From NCBI GenBank assembly GCA_951406725.2, contig OX597817.1, positions 1,798,001-1,862,000 on the forward strand: a stretch of DNA of 64,000 nucleotides. The letters run 5' to 3'. The position numbers and the translations under genes were made by a program. This stretch comes from Octopus vulgaris (taxonomy: Eukaryota). Below the pieces are notes generated by a model. The model saw nothing but the letters and a program-made list of their open reading frames with translations, was not told the origin of the DNA and ran no database searches. Positions 26,755 to 41,599 of the stretch are shown piece after piece (position 1 is the first letter of the stretch; every line of letters starts with the position of its first letter).

Positions 26755-27437
26755 CTGTGTGTGTGTTATTCTTTTGCTTCACTTTTGAATACGTTCTAAA
26801 TTTATGAGCACTTGTGTCAGATGTCTTCTTTGATGATGCATTCCTGACGTATTTTCGAAAGATCGTACTACGCACAGAAACACACACACACACACGCATA
26901 TACACACACGAATATTGTGTGTGCGTGTGTGTTTGTATGTGGTTGTGTGTGTGTGTGTGTGTATGTATGTGTGTGTGTGTGTCTATGTGTGTGTGTGTGA
27001 GTGCGTGTCAAGAAGTTTGTAGCAACTGTCTTACTTGCTTCTATTCATGTTATCCAAACTTAAGGAATCCATAGAGCTAGTTGAAGCTTTTAGTTTTGTT
27101 ATTCTCTTCCCTTGGGATCGTATTTGGTTACGGGGTTAGTTTATAATCTTCCCCACAAATCCATATACGACAAAATATGTAACTTAAGGATGAATGAATA
27201 TTTACTTATCTTACGCAAGACTTCATTAAATGAAGCGAATTGCTTAACTTTTCAAGGTCAGAGAGATTCTTTTCTTAGTTGATCAGCATTAAACACTTCA
27301 AGGATGTTGTTACTCAGCCCCAGGTCAGGGTTTATTGGGCAAACCTTTGGCAATCAAAGGCTTTTTCATCCGTGGTTATTCATTTTTCTGTTGTTGGTAT
27401 CATCATCATCATATTATTATTATTATTATTATTATCA

Positions 27438-28520
27438 TCTTTTTTCTTCTTCTTTCAAATTTGCTTCCATTTCTTGCCGAGTGTCTTCCCGACTCCTAGG
27501 GCAAAGAAACTCATAGTATACATTGGTAGGCCATTAAACCAAACTCAGTAGTTCGTTCATTTTTTTTTTTTTTAAGTTAAATTAAAATACATGAGCAGTA
27601 ACAGTTCTCACATCGACAATGCTCTTCTCAATACGTGTGATGTACCAATTAAGACAATCTTTTGCACTTCTTGCAGGGATGGTAAGCCAGGGATCATTCT
27701 CATATAATTTTCGGTTCCCTTCTTGATCATTCCTAGTGCTCCTACGATCACTGGTATTGTAACCGCCTTGAGATGCCACATTTTCTCAATTTCAATGAGT
27801 AGGTCTTTATATTTTCTGAGCTTGTCAAACTCTTTCGCTGAGATATTATGATCACAGGGGATGCTCATGTCGATCAATAAGCAAACTTTATTGTTTTGGT
27901 CTTTCACAACAATATCTGGTTTATTGGCCTTGATGGTTCGGTCTGTATGTACTGGAAAGTCCCACAGAATGGTTACATTTTCTCCTTCAGTTACAGCCTC
28001 AGGGTGGTGATTATACCACTTGTCGGCAATTTTGATATTGTAATGCCGACTTATTAGCCAGTGGAGATATTGGCCAACTCTGTCATGTCTTAATTTATAC
28101 TCCACTGGTGCTAAGACTTTACATCCAGAGATTAGGTGGTCCACTGTTTCAATCATGTCGTTGCAGAATCGATATTTTGGGTCTGCTCCATTTTTCATCA
28201 CATTGGCCTGGTAGTTCCGGGTTAATAGGCTTTGATCTTGAGCAGCCAGGATGAAACCTTCGCTCTCTGCTTTTAGCCCTGAGCTCCGTAGCCACTGATG
28301 GGTTTGCTTCTGGTCAACATCAGCTTGTTTGCTGCGGGTCACATATTTGCCGTGCAGAGGTTTCTCCTCCCACCTATCAGCCAATTGCTCGTGCGCTTTT
28401 TTCATTGCCATCATTTTCACCTTCTTTGCAACAATAGTTGCCGTACTTCCCTCGGGTTGTTCAGTTTGGGTATCCTGCACGAGATCAATAGCAAATTTTT
28501 TGCTTTCCTTTATGATAGAA

Positions 28521-28522
<2 letters not shown>
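27438..28522 (-). mobile_element. 5'-truncated Dong/R4-clade non-LTR retrotransposon (RLE domain) in a (TAA)n array
   Basis: ORF 27608..28480: KPLHGKY, EGFILAAQDQ, zinc knuckle (Y)RFC..ETVDHLISGC, RHD, ILWDF, KPDIVV..IDMSIP, KLRKY, PVIVGALG; (TTA)n on both sides. Confidence 0.92.
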
Positions 28523-28593
<71 letters not shown>

Positions 28594-29184
28594 TTTATTA
28601 TCATTTTTATTATTATTATCAGCTACTACACAATACATTGCATTCTCCTCCCTTTTATTAAAAGCAATAAAAATGCGATTTAAGGGAAATTTTGCTAATA
28701 TTTTCAGTAGACACTCCGATTTTGTCGAAGTCCCCATTAGCTTTACATTCCAAAGAGTTGAGAAAGTGAGCGTTGTGGCATATTTCTTTACCCGAAGATA
28801 TTGGTAGAAATGAGTATCAGCTGATTGTGGACAAACATGACGTACATAGACACATACAGGAATAATAATTTGGGACAAGAAAATAGGAAGTGTGTCGAGT
28901 AGTAGAAATCGGTTGTTCAATAGACGTTTATGTTAAACATAATGTTAAACCAAGCATCTAGGACAAACAACCAAAGAATCTGTAGGTATTCCATCCACAC
29001 AGTAACTGTGGGTTTATACACGTAATTGCTTATGTTTATATAACGTAGCTGCAGCCTCAGTTGAGTTTCGCGAAAGCAGAGAGGAAACGATTAATAGCAA
29101 CAAAAAAAATCACAGTTACAAGTCATTAATGTAACTAAAAATATGTAACAAAACAAATTCGATATACACACGCATAAACCTATA

Positions 29185-29700
29185 AGACTTTTCGACTAAA
29201 GACTGGTTCTGGCCATGTCTAATTTAATAACACCACCTGATAGGATTAGCTAAATGCTTTTGTGGTTTCATGGTCCATTCGATTAGGGAGTTCTTGCTGA
29301 GAGAGTTGTATCTAGGTATTGATGGCTTATCTGGTATTCATTGAAGAAATTTGTCCAGATTCAGTTTAAAAGTAATTGGATCCTTTTCCTCTTTGATCTG
29401 TTTCTGGACAATGTTAAATAGGTCAGGTGAGGAAAAGGAATTGTCTTGCAGCGTATTTATATGTTGTAATCACGAAATGTTCTCAGGACCGAAAGGTTCT
29501 TAGGAACCAGGAGCTCATCCGAGAAGCTATATCGACCTTACTGTTGATGTGGGCACTCCAGCTGAGATTGTTCTCAACAACTATTCCTAGGTTTCTGATA
29601 TCATTAAATTCTGTGAGTGATTCCTCTGGCTGTTTTAGCATAGACATTCTTCCAAAATGCATCAGCTCAATTTTTCCTTCGTTTAGGTTAAAACATTCAG
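29185..29700 (-). mobile_element. Internally deleted CR1-group LINE (second family)
   Basis: LNEGKIELMHFG..IRNLGIVVENNLSWSAHI..WFLRTFRS joined to DLFNIV..FKLNLDKFLQ*IPDKP; tail CAGGTGGTGTTATTAAATTAGACATGGCC. Confidence 0.8.
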
Positions 29701-29762
29701 AGCAACACAAGCAGTGACATGCTTACTTGCAAACATATATACATAGCTCTCTCTTTCTCTAT

Positions 29763-29842
<80 letters not shown>

Positions 29843-29872
29843 ATATATATATCTATCTATCTATCTATCTTG

Positions 29873-29963
<91 letters not shown>

Positions 29964-29984
29964 GCATATATATATATATACATA

Positions 29985-30296
29985 TATATAATATTAATTC
30001 GAGACAAAACCACTATTTTGCAAAACAAACAAGGAAAGACTTAATCAATACATAAAAATTTTTAATATAAAGAAATAAACCGCCACTACAATCGTTTCAT
30101 GTCTTCAATGACATTCGTCAGGTGGATTTAATCTGTTTTAATTTTTATGTATTGATTAAGTCTTTCCTTGTTTGATTTGCAAAATAGTGGTTTTGTCTCG
30201 AATTAATATTATATAATATTTTACTATAAAATTGGATTTAATCCTAAATCTGATTTTTTCCCTGTAAATCTGGATTTATTCCCTAATATTTATTAT

Positions 30297-30298
<2 letters not shown>
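29985..30298. mobile_element. PLE-pLTR-like cassette: ~75-bp inverted arms enclosing a hammerhead
   Basis: 29985-30060 and 30140-30215 are near-perfect reverse complements; embedded in (TA)n. Confidence 0.75.
30083..30125 (-). ncRNA. Minimal type I hammerhead ribozyme, canonical core
   Basis: CCAC-CTGACGA-ATGTC-attgaa-GACAT-GAAA-CGATTG-TA-GTGG: stems I and II perfect, GUA cleavage triplet. Confidence 0.85.
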
Positions 30299-30361
<63 letters not shown>

Positions 30362-30869
30362 TATACATGGCCTGTTCGTTTAGCCTGGTCCCTTATCTAA
30401 GACATCATTCGAAAGCTAAAACGAAAGCGCATCGTGACAGCGATATACAACAACATCTGATAGTTTGGTCGATACTGTGATGTATATATAAAATATTTAA
30501 AAGAATTTGTAAAAATTGCTTCAAACAGTTTTACTAAGTATAATTTTTTTTTTTTTAATTGAGAGAGAGAGAGAGAGATTGATGCGTGCACATACATGCG
30601 TTTTAAGATACACACACATTACTTATGCACTTATATAGAATGTATATCTATAATTGTTTACAAGGCTCTCTAAAAAGGAGGCCATTATTTTACTGGGTGA
30701 CATAAGCCTCTAAATGGACGTTACCCGTCAAACTTCGCATGCGAATTGTACGGATTTTGTTCAATAAGTTAAAAATATCTGTTCTGTCTAACTTCTGTTT
30801 ACATCATTTAGAAAGCTGCGCTATTGTATATGTGAGCAAGCGAGTGTATGTATGTGTATACATATATAT

Positions 30870-30903
<34 letters not shown>

Positions 30904-31379
30904 TCTCTGTGCGTGTGTGTGCAAGCTATTGTGTTGTTTATATGTGCTTGTATAGCAAAGCAGGTGGCGAGTGTCGACTGTGATCGAGAGGTGAATTAAG
31001 GACACGCTTTGTGCGTTAATTGCCTTCGAGAGAGGTCGAGGAGAATTCGTTTCAATAACAAACAGCAGCAGCAGCAACAACAACACAGTGAAGACTGCGA
31101 TAGCAACGGCAACAGCGCCGATAAAAAAAAAGAAAAAAAAAACAGAATGAAATAAAATACAAACAAAAAATAACATCATGAACAGCAACGTCAACAACGA
31201 AATCATCATCATCGTCATCGTCATTAATATCATCATCATCGTCACCACCACCGACACAACAACAACATCAAAAGCAATAACAATACCGACTTCATTATGA
31301 GACTAATGCGCTAGACGCTTAAAGAAAATAAACATCTCCTCCCCCAAGAGAACATAAAACATGACAACCCAAATTATAT

Positions 31380-31429
<50 letters not shown>

Positions 31430-32182
31430 CTGATTAAAGCAAAGTACAACCTCAAACATAATTCACAATCGCTGCAACAACACAATTAATGAACCAACAA
31501 AAGGCTTCTGCGTCGATGATCGACCGAGTAACAAAATATCGGTTTGAATTCTCTCAAAATCAAACTTCCGTCTTATAAAATGATCGACGCATTGAATAAC
31601 GAGACTAGAAAGCTAGAAAGATTACAGGTTTCGTTGATCAGACTGACCTTGGTATAAGCAACTCCGTGAGAAATAAACCTGAGTATCAAAGTGCTTCAGA
31701 TAATAAAGGGAAAACAAGTCATATACAAACAACAAACTGTGTAATTAAGTGCATCTAACATAAACCACAAAACAAATCGTAAAATACTCTAGACAGAATT
31801 ATCGGTATTACAAACAAAAGTAAAAATAATGACGGCCACTATACATACCATATTACAAAATAACCTTCGAATGTTTTCAAACTTCAACATCGGTAGTTTC
31901 TCGAAAACCAACCACTAACAATCACACACAAAAAGGCGAAGAACACAAAAGAGAAAACTTATATATTTCAATTCAATTCTTAATAGGAACTCCTTTTTTT
32001 CATTAAACGCCCAAAAAGCAATAAGGGAATCTAAAAACGCAAAACTTTCAAAATCTGAGAAAATAACGAACGCATACTTAAAATACATATGATAAAGATG
32101 TATTACTACATGCAATGTATACAACTTATTCGTAACAACACCGACTGAGTCCAAGACTTTGGAAGGCTGACTAAATTATAGC

Positions 32183-32288
32183 AGTTCTGAACGAAGCCCT
32201 TAATGCTCGTTTGAAGTAGCAATGCACAGAGCTGTGACATTCTGATTCACATCTTCAAAACTGCAATGGCGAAACGTACGTAGAAACT
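32183..32288 (+). ncRNA. Type I hammerhead-like motif, long-stem-II family
   Basis: AGTTC-TGAACGA-A-GCC-[~70 nt]-GGC-GAAA-CGTACG-TA-GAAACT; palindromic CGTACG; shares CAATGGCGAAAC with the 5982-6076 copy. Confidence 0.55.
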
Positions 32289-32299
32289 AATAATTTGTA

Positions 32300-33100
32300 C
32301 CTATCTTAATTTTCCAATATATATATATATATATGCATACATACATACATACAGCAAACGACCTCATATTCATATATACCTACCATACTCCAGACGAGGC
32401 AGTACAGCTTCATCTCTATATCAAACACCAGGACACTTGGCTCCAAAACACCAGAATTCATGTAGCACCTACGAAGTACTTTGTTACTCTTAAAAGTCAA
32501 AATTCTAATGAGCTATAAACACCATCCTCGTAACATGCACATTACTCATAAAACAGTTAAGCAAGCAAAACGACGCTTAAACATACCTATAACAATCACA
32601 GTTAACATAATATTGGGTAGAAACAACGACACATTTGTGCAAACATTACACCGAAACCCCCATTGATTATACTAGCGTTGTCTGCTCTCTTCCACCTCTT
32701 CATAACGCACGTACCACTAAAGATTACAATGATCACACAACAACATTGCGTTAGGTATCACCACAAGTTGTTACGGACCAGATCCATATTCCTCCACAAC
32801 GAATCAAAAATATTATACCACCTAGACACGCAAAGAGTACAGTTTCTTGACGCAGCAACCTCCAACCTTCACCGTCCTTGTCACAGTATGAAAAACTACC
32901 TCCAACACTAAGATACATAGAAAACACTCTTGAATACTACTACAATATTTTAAGAGCAGTCTCATCAATTCAACCAGAAGACAAGCGTAAGGAACATATC
33001 CACACGTAGGTAGCTGCAGTTTTAACTACCACATGAACTCTAAAATCTATGAAGGGATGCACACCACTAATAGAAATAGATTCCTGACCTAGTCTACTAT
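32300..33100 (+). pseudogene. Possible very old PLE reverse transcriptase remnant
   Basis: Weak motifs VQFLDAA, TV*KTT and FKSSLINSTRRQA resemble the PLE RT thumb (PFLD..TVYRKPT..KxSxIxSLxxRA); lies next to a hammerhead motif. Confidence 0.25.
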
Positions 33101-33411
33101 TTCCTCTTTCGCTGTAATCACTGCAAAAATCTACAGCCGTATATAAATAGACGGGACAGTGGAGAGAATACAATACGTACAGTGTTTAATTCGCCCCATG
33201 CAAGTCATCAATGCAAGTCTATATGTTTAGTATGACTCTCAACTAGGCAGAGATATCGTTCGACTGGAACAAACATGTTGACTGTGCCTAGTCATTCGGT
33301 TAACTACTCGCGTGTCATAAGAATAAACGAACAAGATCTGGCTTGGAGACTAGACAATAACAACAATGTTAGTCATGGCAAGCTGGCAATAGCAACAGTA
33401 GCAACAAAACT

Positions 33412-33468
<57 letters not shown>

Positions 33469-36242
33469 AACAACTACTACAATACCAGTAATACAGAACT
33501 AGAAAATAGCTTAAAAATAGCGGCTTCTATAGCAACAAAATAACTATAACAACAACAGGATAAATACCTATCAACAACACTTCCATGACTATCGAAGACT
33601 GACAAACCAACCAAAGAGCCTCTAAGATATCCACGATCAGTTAAAAACCACAGCCAAAGTAACTCAAATTCTTCTGCTTTCTTACGAATGGAAGGCTGCA
33701 CTGGGCAATGAACTTACTCCTAGATACGCTATATCTGAGGTGGGTGAAAGACACCATGGCCATGGCGGTTAAAATATTTTTGATTATAAATCTTCACCAT
33801 CAGAGTTGATCTAGAACTAAACAAGGACGTGATGGCATTATAGGAATTCCAGAGGGAGGACTGAGGATTGAGGCGGAAGAGGGATATGTGATTATTGCAA
33901 GTTTAGGAGGGAAATGAGACAGAGTGTGGGTTGACGAGAGTAGGCCCATGTTACAGCAGTCATAAGGATTTGTAATATAAGTAAAGGGTCACGGATGTTT
34001 AGGAGGGAAATGATACGGTTAATTTACTGAGGTCTTAAGTTGTACATTTGGAACAACAGCTGTAAAGACATCAAAATGAGTGACAAAACTAAATTCGGCA
34101 AGCATGCCCACCACCGACAAACCTATAACTTCTTCATTAGTTACAACATATCTCCTTCAAAACTGCAAATACCACCACAATGATGATGATGATGATGATC
34201 ATCATCATCATCATCACTAGTAAAACTGCCAGCTTTCATCTTCTTAATGGTAACCGTAATAATTCAAATAAATGCCAGTAACACTAGTGGCGCCACAATC
34301 ACCAACATTATAAACACCATCATCATCATCATCACTAACATCCATCTGTTTGTCGAGAGTAGCAACAATAACAATCACCATTATGCCATCTACACTTTTA
34401 CCTTGGTACCACCACCACTACCACTGTCATCATCATCATCATCATCATCATTACTATTAAAACTGCCAACTTTCATTTTCCTAAATAAGGTGAAGCCCTC
34501 ACCACCACAACCATTACCATTGCCACCACCAATGACGAACCAGCTAGGAAGCCTCTTCCTGCTGCTTGATCCGCTAGAAATAGTGACCTAGCTCCCACAA
34601 GTGGAAGGAGATATTGGCTAATGTAGTCGTAGATATTGAGAAAAGTTAAGATGGTCATGGTTGGCACATTTTTGTTTATATTTAATCAGCTTTGTCTTTG
34701 GGCTAAACTGAACTATAGCATCAATAATTACATGCAACCAAAAACAGTAATAATAAAAACAATAAATGTTTATTGTTATTTTTTTAACCACAGGTGGGAT
34801 TACTCTACAAGGTCAACTGATCTGTTAGAAACAGCAGCCAATTTTCCCCGGCTATCACACTCGACGATTGTAAAAATAAGCAAGGGCGATTCATGAGAAA
34901 TGCAGTTCTCGATATACAAAAACAAACGGGATATTTTGGCTGCTACATTTGTTATCATAAATCTACTCAATCAAGATTGTGTTTGGGGGATCAACAGCAG
35001 CAACAATTACACAAAATCTATCACACCACCAATAATGCCCGCCGCCGCCGCTGCCATAAGCCACCAGCACGAGAAACAACAGAAAAGACGACGAACATGG
35101 AGTAAAGAAAAAAGCGCAAAAATATAAAGAAAACAATCAGACGAAAGAAATGATAATGTGAAATCCATGTTGCTTGCCCACCTGCCAATCCTGTTATTGT
35201 AGCAAGACTAGTTGTAAATGTTATGTCTATAAACAGAACAGCACAAATCCCACAAGCGTTGGCTTCCACGACATTTCTCGGCCATGTCTAAATCACATAA
35301 CCAACCCAACACTGCTGATCCAACAAGCAGACTACTTTTACAGGTGATGTTCTGAGTAGATTATCAGATGTTTGCAACATTCAACAGGCTTGTTATAATA
35401 ACAAGAAATATTCAACGATATATTCTTCGCGGAATAAATTAGTAAGTACGATTCAACTGTGCCTCGTCGTACAGTATACATGTATATATATTTTTTTCTT
35501 TCTTTTCTGCACATTCATTCAAAGCATTTGGTGGGTAAGGGTGTATTTGATAAAATAAATATGGTGAATGTTGACATCTAGATAAAATTTCTGAATTTTG
35601 ATTTTTATTTATATCAAAGATTGTAGATGACAAAATCAGGAGGACGGCGGACAAAACGAATCGTAGTATTTAGTTACTGAGCAATCGACTTTGCCTTTCG
35701 TCTACCTTGAGACGATAAAATAATTATCAGACCTTTAGTGGGTCAAACTTAACCAACTATATCCATGTACAGGTACACTGAGCAATTACCTGGAAGCTTC
35801 ACCCGTTTAGGGACACAATACTAATGTAAGTTTGCTATGGTTGCTTAAGTAGAGAACACCGTGCATTAATCTGTCTTGGAACCTATAATGCTGTTAAAAC
35901 GGCCGTAACGATACACACTCCTGAAATTGAAGCCATGCTTCTACGTAAGGCATCATTTATTTGCATCAAAGTTAGTGGAGATGAGAACTGGTAAAATGGC
36001 GAACAACATGCGTTGCAACAATTAGTCACAGTATAAGTTGTCATCAATTTGAATCCCATCGAAGTTGACGTCGCTTTTTATACTCCTATGGTCGTTGAAT
36101 AACAGCCATAGAATCGAGTGCGTCGCTAGGCTGGTTGCCTTTAGCAGAGTCCACTCTGTTGCAAGAATTCAGACCACATCTCAAACTAGAAGATAATTTC
36201 CACTAATCTTTGGAGCCCTGGAAAAGGTCATGATACTGTCCT

Positions 36243-36405
36243 CAGGGGCGGATCCAAGGCAAGGGGGCTGAGGAACGTGTGAGCTCCTCCATTCAAGAAA
36301 AGAAGTGTGCCCTTCTAAATAAAGTTATAACGCCCTTTTCGCCTGGAATTGTATTCCTTTCTGACCTTGTGCCTTTATTTCGAAAAATCCCTGGGACCGC
36401 GCCTG
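36243..36405. mobile_element. Short MITE with caggggcggatcca-type termini
   Basis: caggggcggatcca ... tgggaccgcgcctg imperfect TIRs. Confidence 0.45.
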
Positions 36406-36890
36406 GTCGTTTCTTCCTAAAAGATTAAGAAAAGAAAAAAAAAACAAGTACTGAGGTCTTTTCACGTACTCTATTAATTTCCCTAATAAATGTATGAAAG
36501 CATTTAATACGGATTTTCCATGTTTAGAAATCAAATCACGCCGGATTTAGTTTCACCTTTCATCATTAATAGATCGATGAAATAAGTACCAATAACACTC
36601 TGGGGTCGATTTAATTAACAATGCATTTCACAGACGAAAATTGGCCTTGCGTTAAGTGAACAGAAATCAATACGATCAGATAGTAAAAAAACAATAATAA
36701 GAGTAAATAAATATATAAATAAGAAGTGGGAGCAGGAGCAAAAGGGAGAAGAGCCGAGGCAAAAGAATAAGAAGGAAGAAATATTGGCTCTGCTTGGCTG
36801 ACGTTTATTGCAGGATCTCAAAATAGATATTATGATATCAAAAGCAAGTTCACCTGTTTTTGGTAACAATCGTATTCCTATCGAACATTA

Positions 36891-37199
36891 ATGTATGTAC
36901 GTATGTATGTATGTATGTATGTATGTATGTATGTATGTATGTATGTATGTATGTATGTATGTGTGTGTGTATGTATGTATGTATGTATGTATGTATGTAT
37001 GTATGTATGTATGTATGTATGTGTATGTATGTATGTATGTGTGTATGTATGTATGTATGTATGTATGTATGTTTGTATGTGCGTATGTATGTATGTATGT
37101 ATGTATGTATGTATGTATGTATGTGTATGTATGTATGTATGTATGTATGTATGTATGTGTGTGTGTGCGTATGTGTGTATGTATGTATGTATGTATGTA

Positions 37200-37230
<31 letters not shown>

Positions 37231-37290
37231 GTGTATATATGTATGTATGTGTGTGTGTGCGTATGTATGTGTGTATGTATGTATGTATAT
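36891..37290. repeat. (TATG)n compound microsatellite
   Basis: Directly visible. Confidence 0.95.
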
Positions 37291-37357
37291 ACAGTACATA
37301 GACACACACACATATATATATACATATTTATAGGAAGTGTTCAGTATAAATCAAGTC

Positions 37358-37409
<52 letters not shown>

Positions 37410-37877
37410 TTAATAATAATAACAGCAGCATATGTATCGCTATTATTAATTATATTTAGATGAAGGAGGTAGATATGGTGGTGGGGGAGATTCTCATAGA
37501 CCGGTTGTAGCGGTGGCGGTTCACATATATTTCAAGAAATATTCGGAAGATATTTCTAGAAACGCGTGACTACATTTAATGAATTTGCATAGAAAGGTCG
37601 TATTTGACATTTCCTCTTTTTGTTTTAACAAATAGCGAGACTGTGTGTTGTTGATGCATTAACCATGCGGAAACGATCAGAACAGGCATAATAATAATGT
37701 GTGCACATACAAACAGACAGAAAGAAGACACAGACACATACTCTCTGGAAAGAACACGTAGATGTATACTAATACGCGTGCCTAGATATGTGTGTTCGTG
37801 TGCGAGCGTGTGTGTGTGTAATTAACTGGGTACGTGTAAGTCTAAGTTACCATTCAAAACCCTTCCAGTTTCTAATG

Positions 37878-37913
<36 letters not shown>

Positions 37914-40022
37914 TGAACAGAAGCACGACAAAGGAACAAACAGAAAATTCACACGCAAGGTACGGACATGCTTATTCCTTGTCATACTTATATACATATA
38001 ATATATTGTATTCTGTAGAATATGTGATTAATGTAGATATTATGTCACCCGGTTTCAGGTCACCAGCTTTCACCTTCTGTGCCTTTAGCGGTGTCCACTT
38101 CGTCGCAAGCATTCACACCAGGTCTCTGGTTTGAGAATAACTTTCTTTCTTTCACCTTCTCTTCGGACAGTCTAGGAGACCATCTGAAGGGTCATAGATA
38201 CAGCCTTGACGTTGTTTTTGGCGGTGGTGGGATTCTAAAGAACCTCAACATGTTAGAGTGAATTTTGAGGGGAGAAGGCAGGTAGTGGAGTCGAAAGGGT
38301 ATCGGTTAACCAACTGAAAGCCCCTTAATATTTTCTTTTTATCGTAACGGTTAAGTTCCTCGCTATCGGGCATTCTTTCGGAAGTCGATAGGGCCGCTTA
38401 TGTTATTTTACATCATTGTAGTTAATGGCGTCACTGAGAAATTCATGAGTAGTCCATTTCAATGTTCAACTCCTGGGACAACGTTGTGATGACTGAGCGG
38501 TTCTTCTTCAAATTTGTAGACAGACGTATCAGTTATCCACGTATGACTGAGGAAATAGGATATTAACACTTGCTATCCGTATTCTTGTGATTCGGAATCT
38601 TATTAAAAGAAAATAAGTAAAGTTTAAGAACTCTTAACTTTATAAACTCTACAAACCACTAGTCACCAAAAAAATGACATACTTGCAAATTTTCTAGAGC
38701 TTGAAAGCATTTTCCACGGCTTTTATTCAAGATACAAAGATATTCGCAAAATGAATAATGAATAATAAGGAAGGTCTCATGAAGCCATTTAAGTGAGTAG
38801 GAGTTTCGGAAATGTTTTGGCAACCGCTGTAAATCAAATCTGAACTTGTACCGTTCCTCACTCACTATCTGGATAAGATTCAACTTTAAGAAATGGCAAT
38901 TGTTAGAAAAATAGGGCAAAGCAAACACTTAGCTATAAAAGGGGGAAATTAATAGTGATATCTGTACAAGCAGTAAGAAAACCTATCAACAACACACAAA
39001 AAAAACCCAAAAAAGACACTAACGACATGAAGCAAAATAAATCTACCTTTCTAGCAAATGCTAATTTAGACTCCTTTCTCTGTTGAATTACGAAAGGTGC
39101 TTTTGAAAAAAAAATTATCTTCTTTTTTTCTTGTGGATTTTTGTTTTATATTTTGGTTCACTTTTGGCAGAACTATTTCCTGTTGGATACTGAAGGCAGT
39201 ATATCCTTTCTTACTTTCAAAAGTAATAAAACTATTCTCTCTAACGATGTGAATTATTCATTCCCTCTTACGGAATTCGTATAAATGTTATGGTTGACTT
39301 ACATTTCTTAAAGGTGACAATGGTGAACGGGTTGGTGGAGTACGGGGTTAAATTCCTTGCAATAGTTAGCTTCTAAGTTCAAATTCCGCTAGGGTCATTC
39401 TACAGTTTATCTCCTATCTATTGACAATCAAATAGATACCCGTAATATAAAGAGAGATTTCTAGAGACCTTACACCTCCCCGGAAAAAGTTAATAGCTTG
39501 CTTAAGTAAGAAACCTATATCTATAAAAGTGGAAAGTTGCTTGGCACTGAGACTAAATGCAGTAAAGTATTTAGTTTCGTTCTCTTACAATCTCAGTTCG
39601 AATCTCATCCAGGCTGCGCTTGTATTTTCTCTTTCCAAGACATCAAAAGCCTTGTGTGACAATAAAGTAGAGGCATAAATGAAATAAGCCATCTCTGAGA
39701 AAATTAGTCTTGTGGTAGGTCTAAAGAATTTATTATTTACGAGGTTAAATTTCTGTAAATCCGATACTCCCGATGTGGATTTCATTCTAGGTTAGAAGCA
39801 ATTTCAAGCCAGTTCCACTGCTAATGCCCACAGGGAGAATAAGGCATTCACACATGCACACCACACACCCATATAAACATAAGGTGATAAGGAGTGCAAA
39901 ATAATATAAAGAGACTAAAACTGGTGGTCGATACACAATTGTGATTTCTTGAAAACAAAATATGGCGTCAAACAGAGATGTTAAAAATCTGTTTTTTTTT
40001 TATTTTTAGATTTTACAAACTT

Positions 40023-40210
40023 AAGGCGGTGAAATGGTAGAATCAATATTACACCCGACAATGTGCTTAACGGCATTTCATCCGTTTTTACGTCCCGAGT
40101 TCAAATTCTGACCTTTCGGGGCGATAAAATAATTACCAGTTAATCATTGGAGTTGATGTAATCAACGAGCGTCCTTCCTCAATTGCAGGCCTAGTGCTAA
40201 AATTTGAAAC
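40023..40210 (+). mobile_element. SINE family B copy
   Basis: Colinear with other family B copies. Confidence 0.75.
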
Positions 40211-40452
40211 CATTATCTTATACAACATTATATTAAATTGCTATATCATATGTTGTATATTGTTTTATCATATTATACAATATTGTCCATCCGACTTTAC
40301 GTAACGATATCGTTTTTCTCCACAGTTCAAACTGCAATATGAATTAACATTAAAATAAACAAGTCAACGAACGAGATAACATTTAGGCGATTATATGTCA
40401 TGCTAGAAATAGACGTCAAATTTCTATGATATATCGGAGCAATATGTTAGAT

Positions 40453-40710
40453 CAGCGGTTTCCAACCTTTCTAGCAGCACAGTTTTTTCTATGGACCACA
40501 TCGCGCACATAGCAAAATATCATAAAGTATATAACATATAATTTAATTACTACATTTTTGAGTGGCTGTGAGGTAAATAGCTTCATTACCAACCACATGG
40601 ATCTGGGTTCAGTACAACTGCGTGGCACCTTGGGCGTCTTCGAATATAGCCTCAGGCCGACCCAAGACTTGTGAGTGGATTTGGCAGGCGGAAACTAAAA
40701 GAAGCCCGTC

Positions 40711-40791
<81 letters not shown>

Positions 40792-41359
40792 TGTCTGTCT
40801 GTCTCCCCAGCATCACTTGACAACCGATGGTGGTGTGTATATGTCTCCGTAACTTAGCGGTTCGGCAAAAGAGACCGATAGAATAAGTACTAGGCTTACA
40901 AAGAATAAGTCCTGGGGTCGATTTGCTCGACTAAAGGCGGTGCTCCAGCATGGCCACAGTCAAATGACTGAAACAAATAAACAAATAAAAGAATAATACA
41001 TATATATATTCTTTTTCTTTATTTCTTTCACTCTCCACTTAATCACACCATGTACGGTGGGGTTTTTTTTTACTTAGAGTCTGTTTAAATTTAGAAATAT
41101 ATATATATATATAAAATACAGTGTACATTCAAACACATTAAGCGGTATCCATCATAGAACTCCCTTACGCTAGAAGGAACACCTAAAGACCAAACCACTT
41201 TTTTTCTATACGCTGGGCCACTGGTAGTAAACATTTCTAAAATCTTTATTACCCTGATATTATTCATTAATTTACATATATATATATAAATATGTATATA
41301 CATACAGATAGACAGACAGATAGATAGTATATATAAATCCCATTGTGTGTGTGTATTTA

Positions 41360-41410
<51 letters not shown>

Positions 41411-41522
41411 ATGTGTGTGTGTGTATATATATTTGTGTGTGTATATATATATATATATATCGTGTGTGTGTATATATATATGAGTATGTATGTTTGTATA
41501 TATATATATATATATGTGTGTA

Positions 41523-41599
<77 letters not shown>

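Noticed and set aside
38040-38560. Non-repetitive segment with a possible decayed zinc-knuckle (LINE ORF1) on the minus strand
   Set aside because: Only a vague C..C..GH pattern across frameshifts; cannot be supported by eye.
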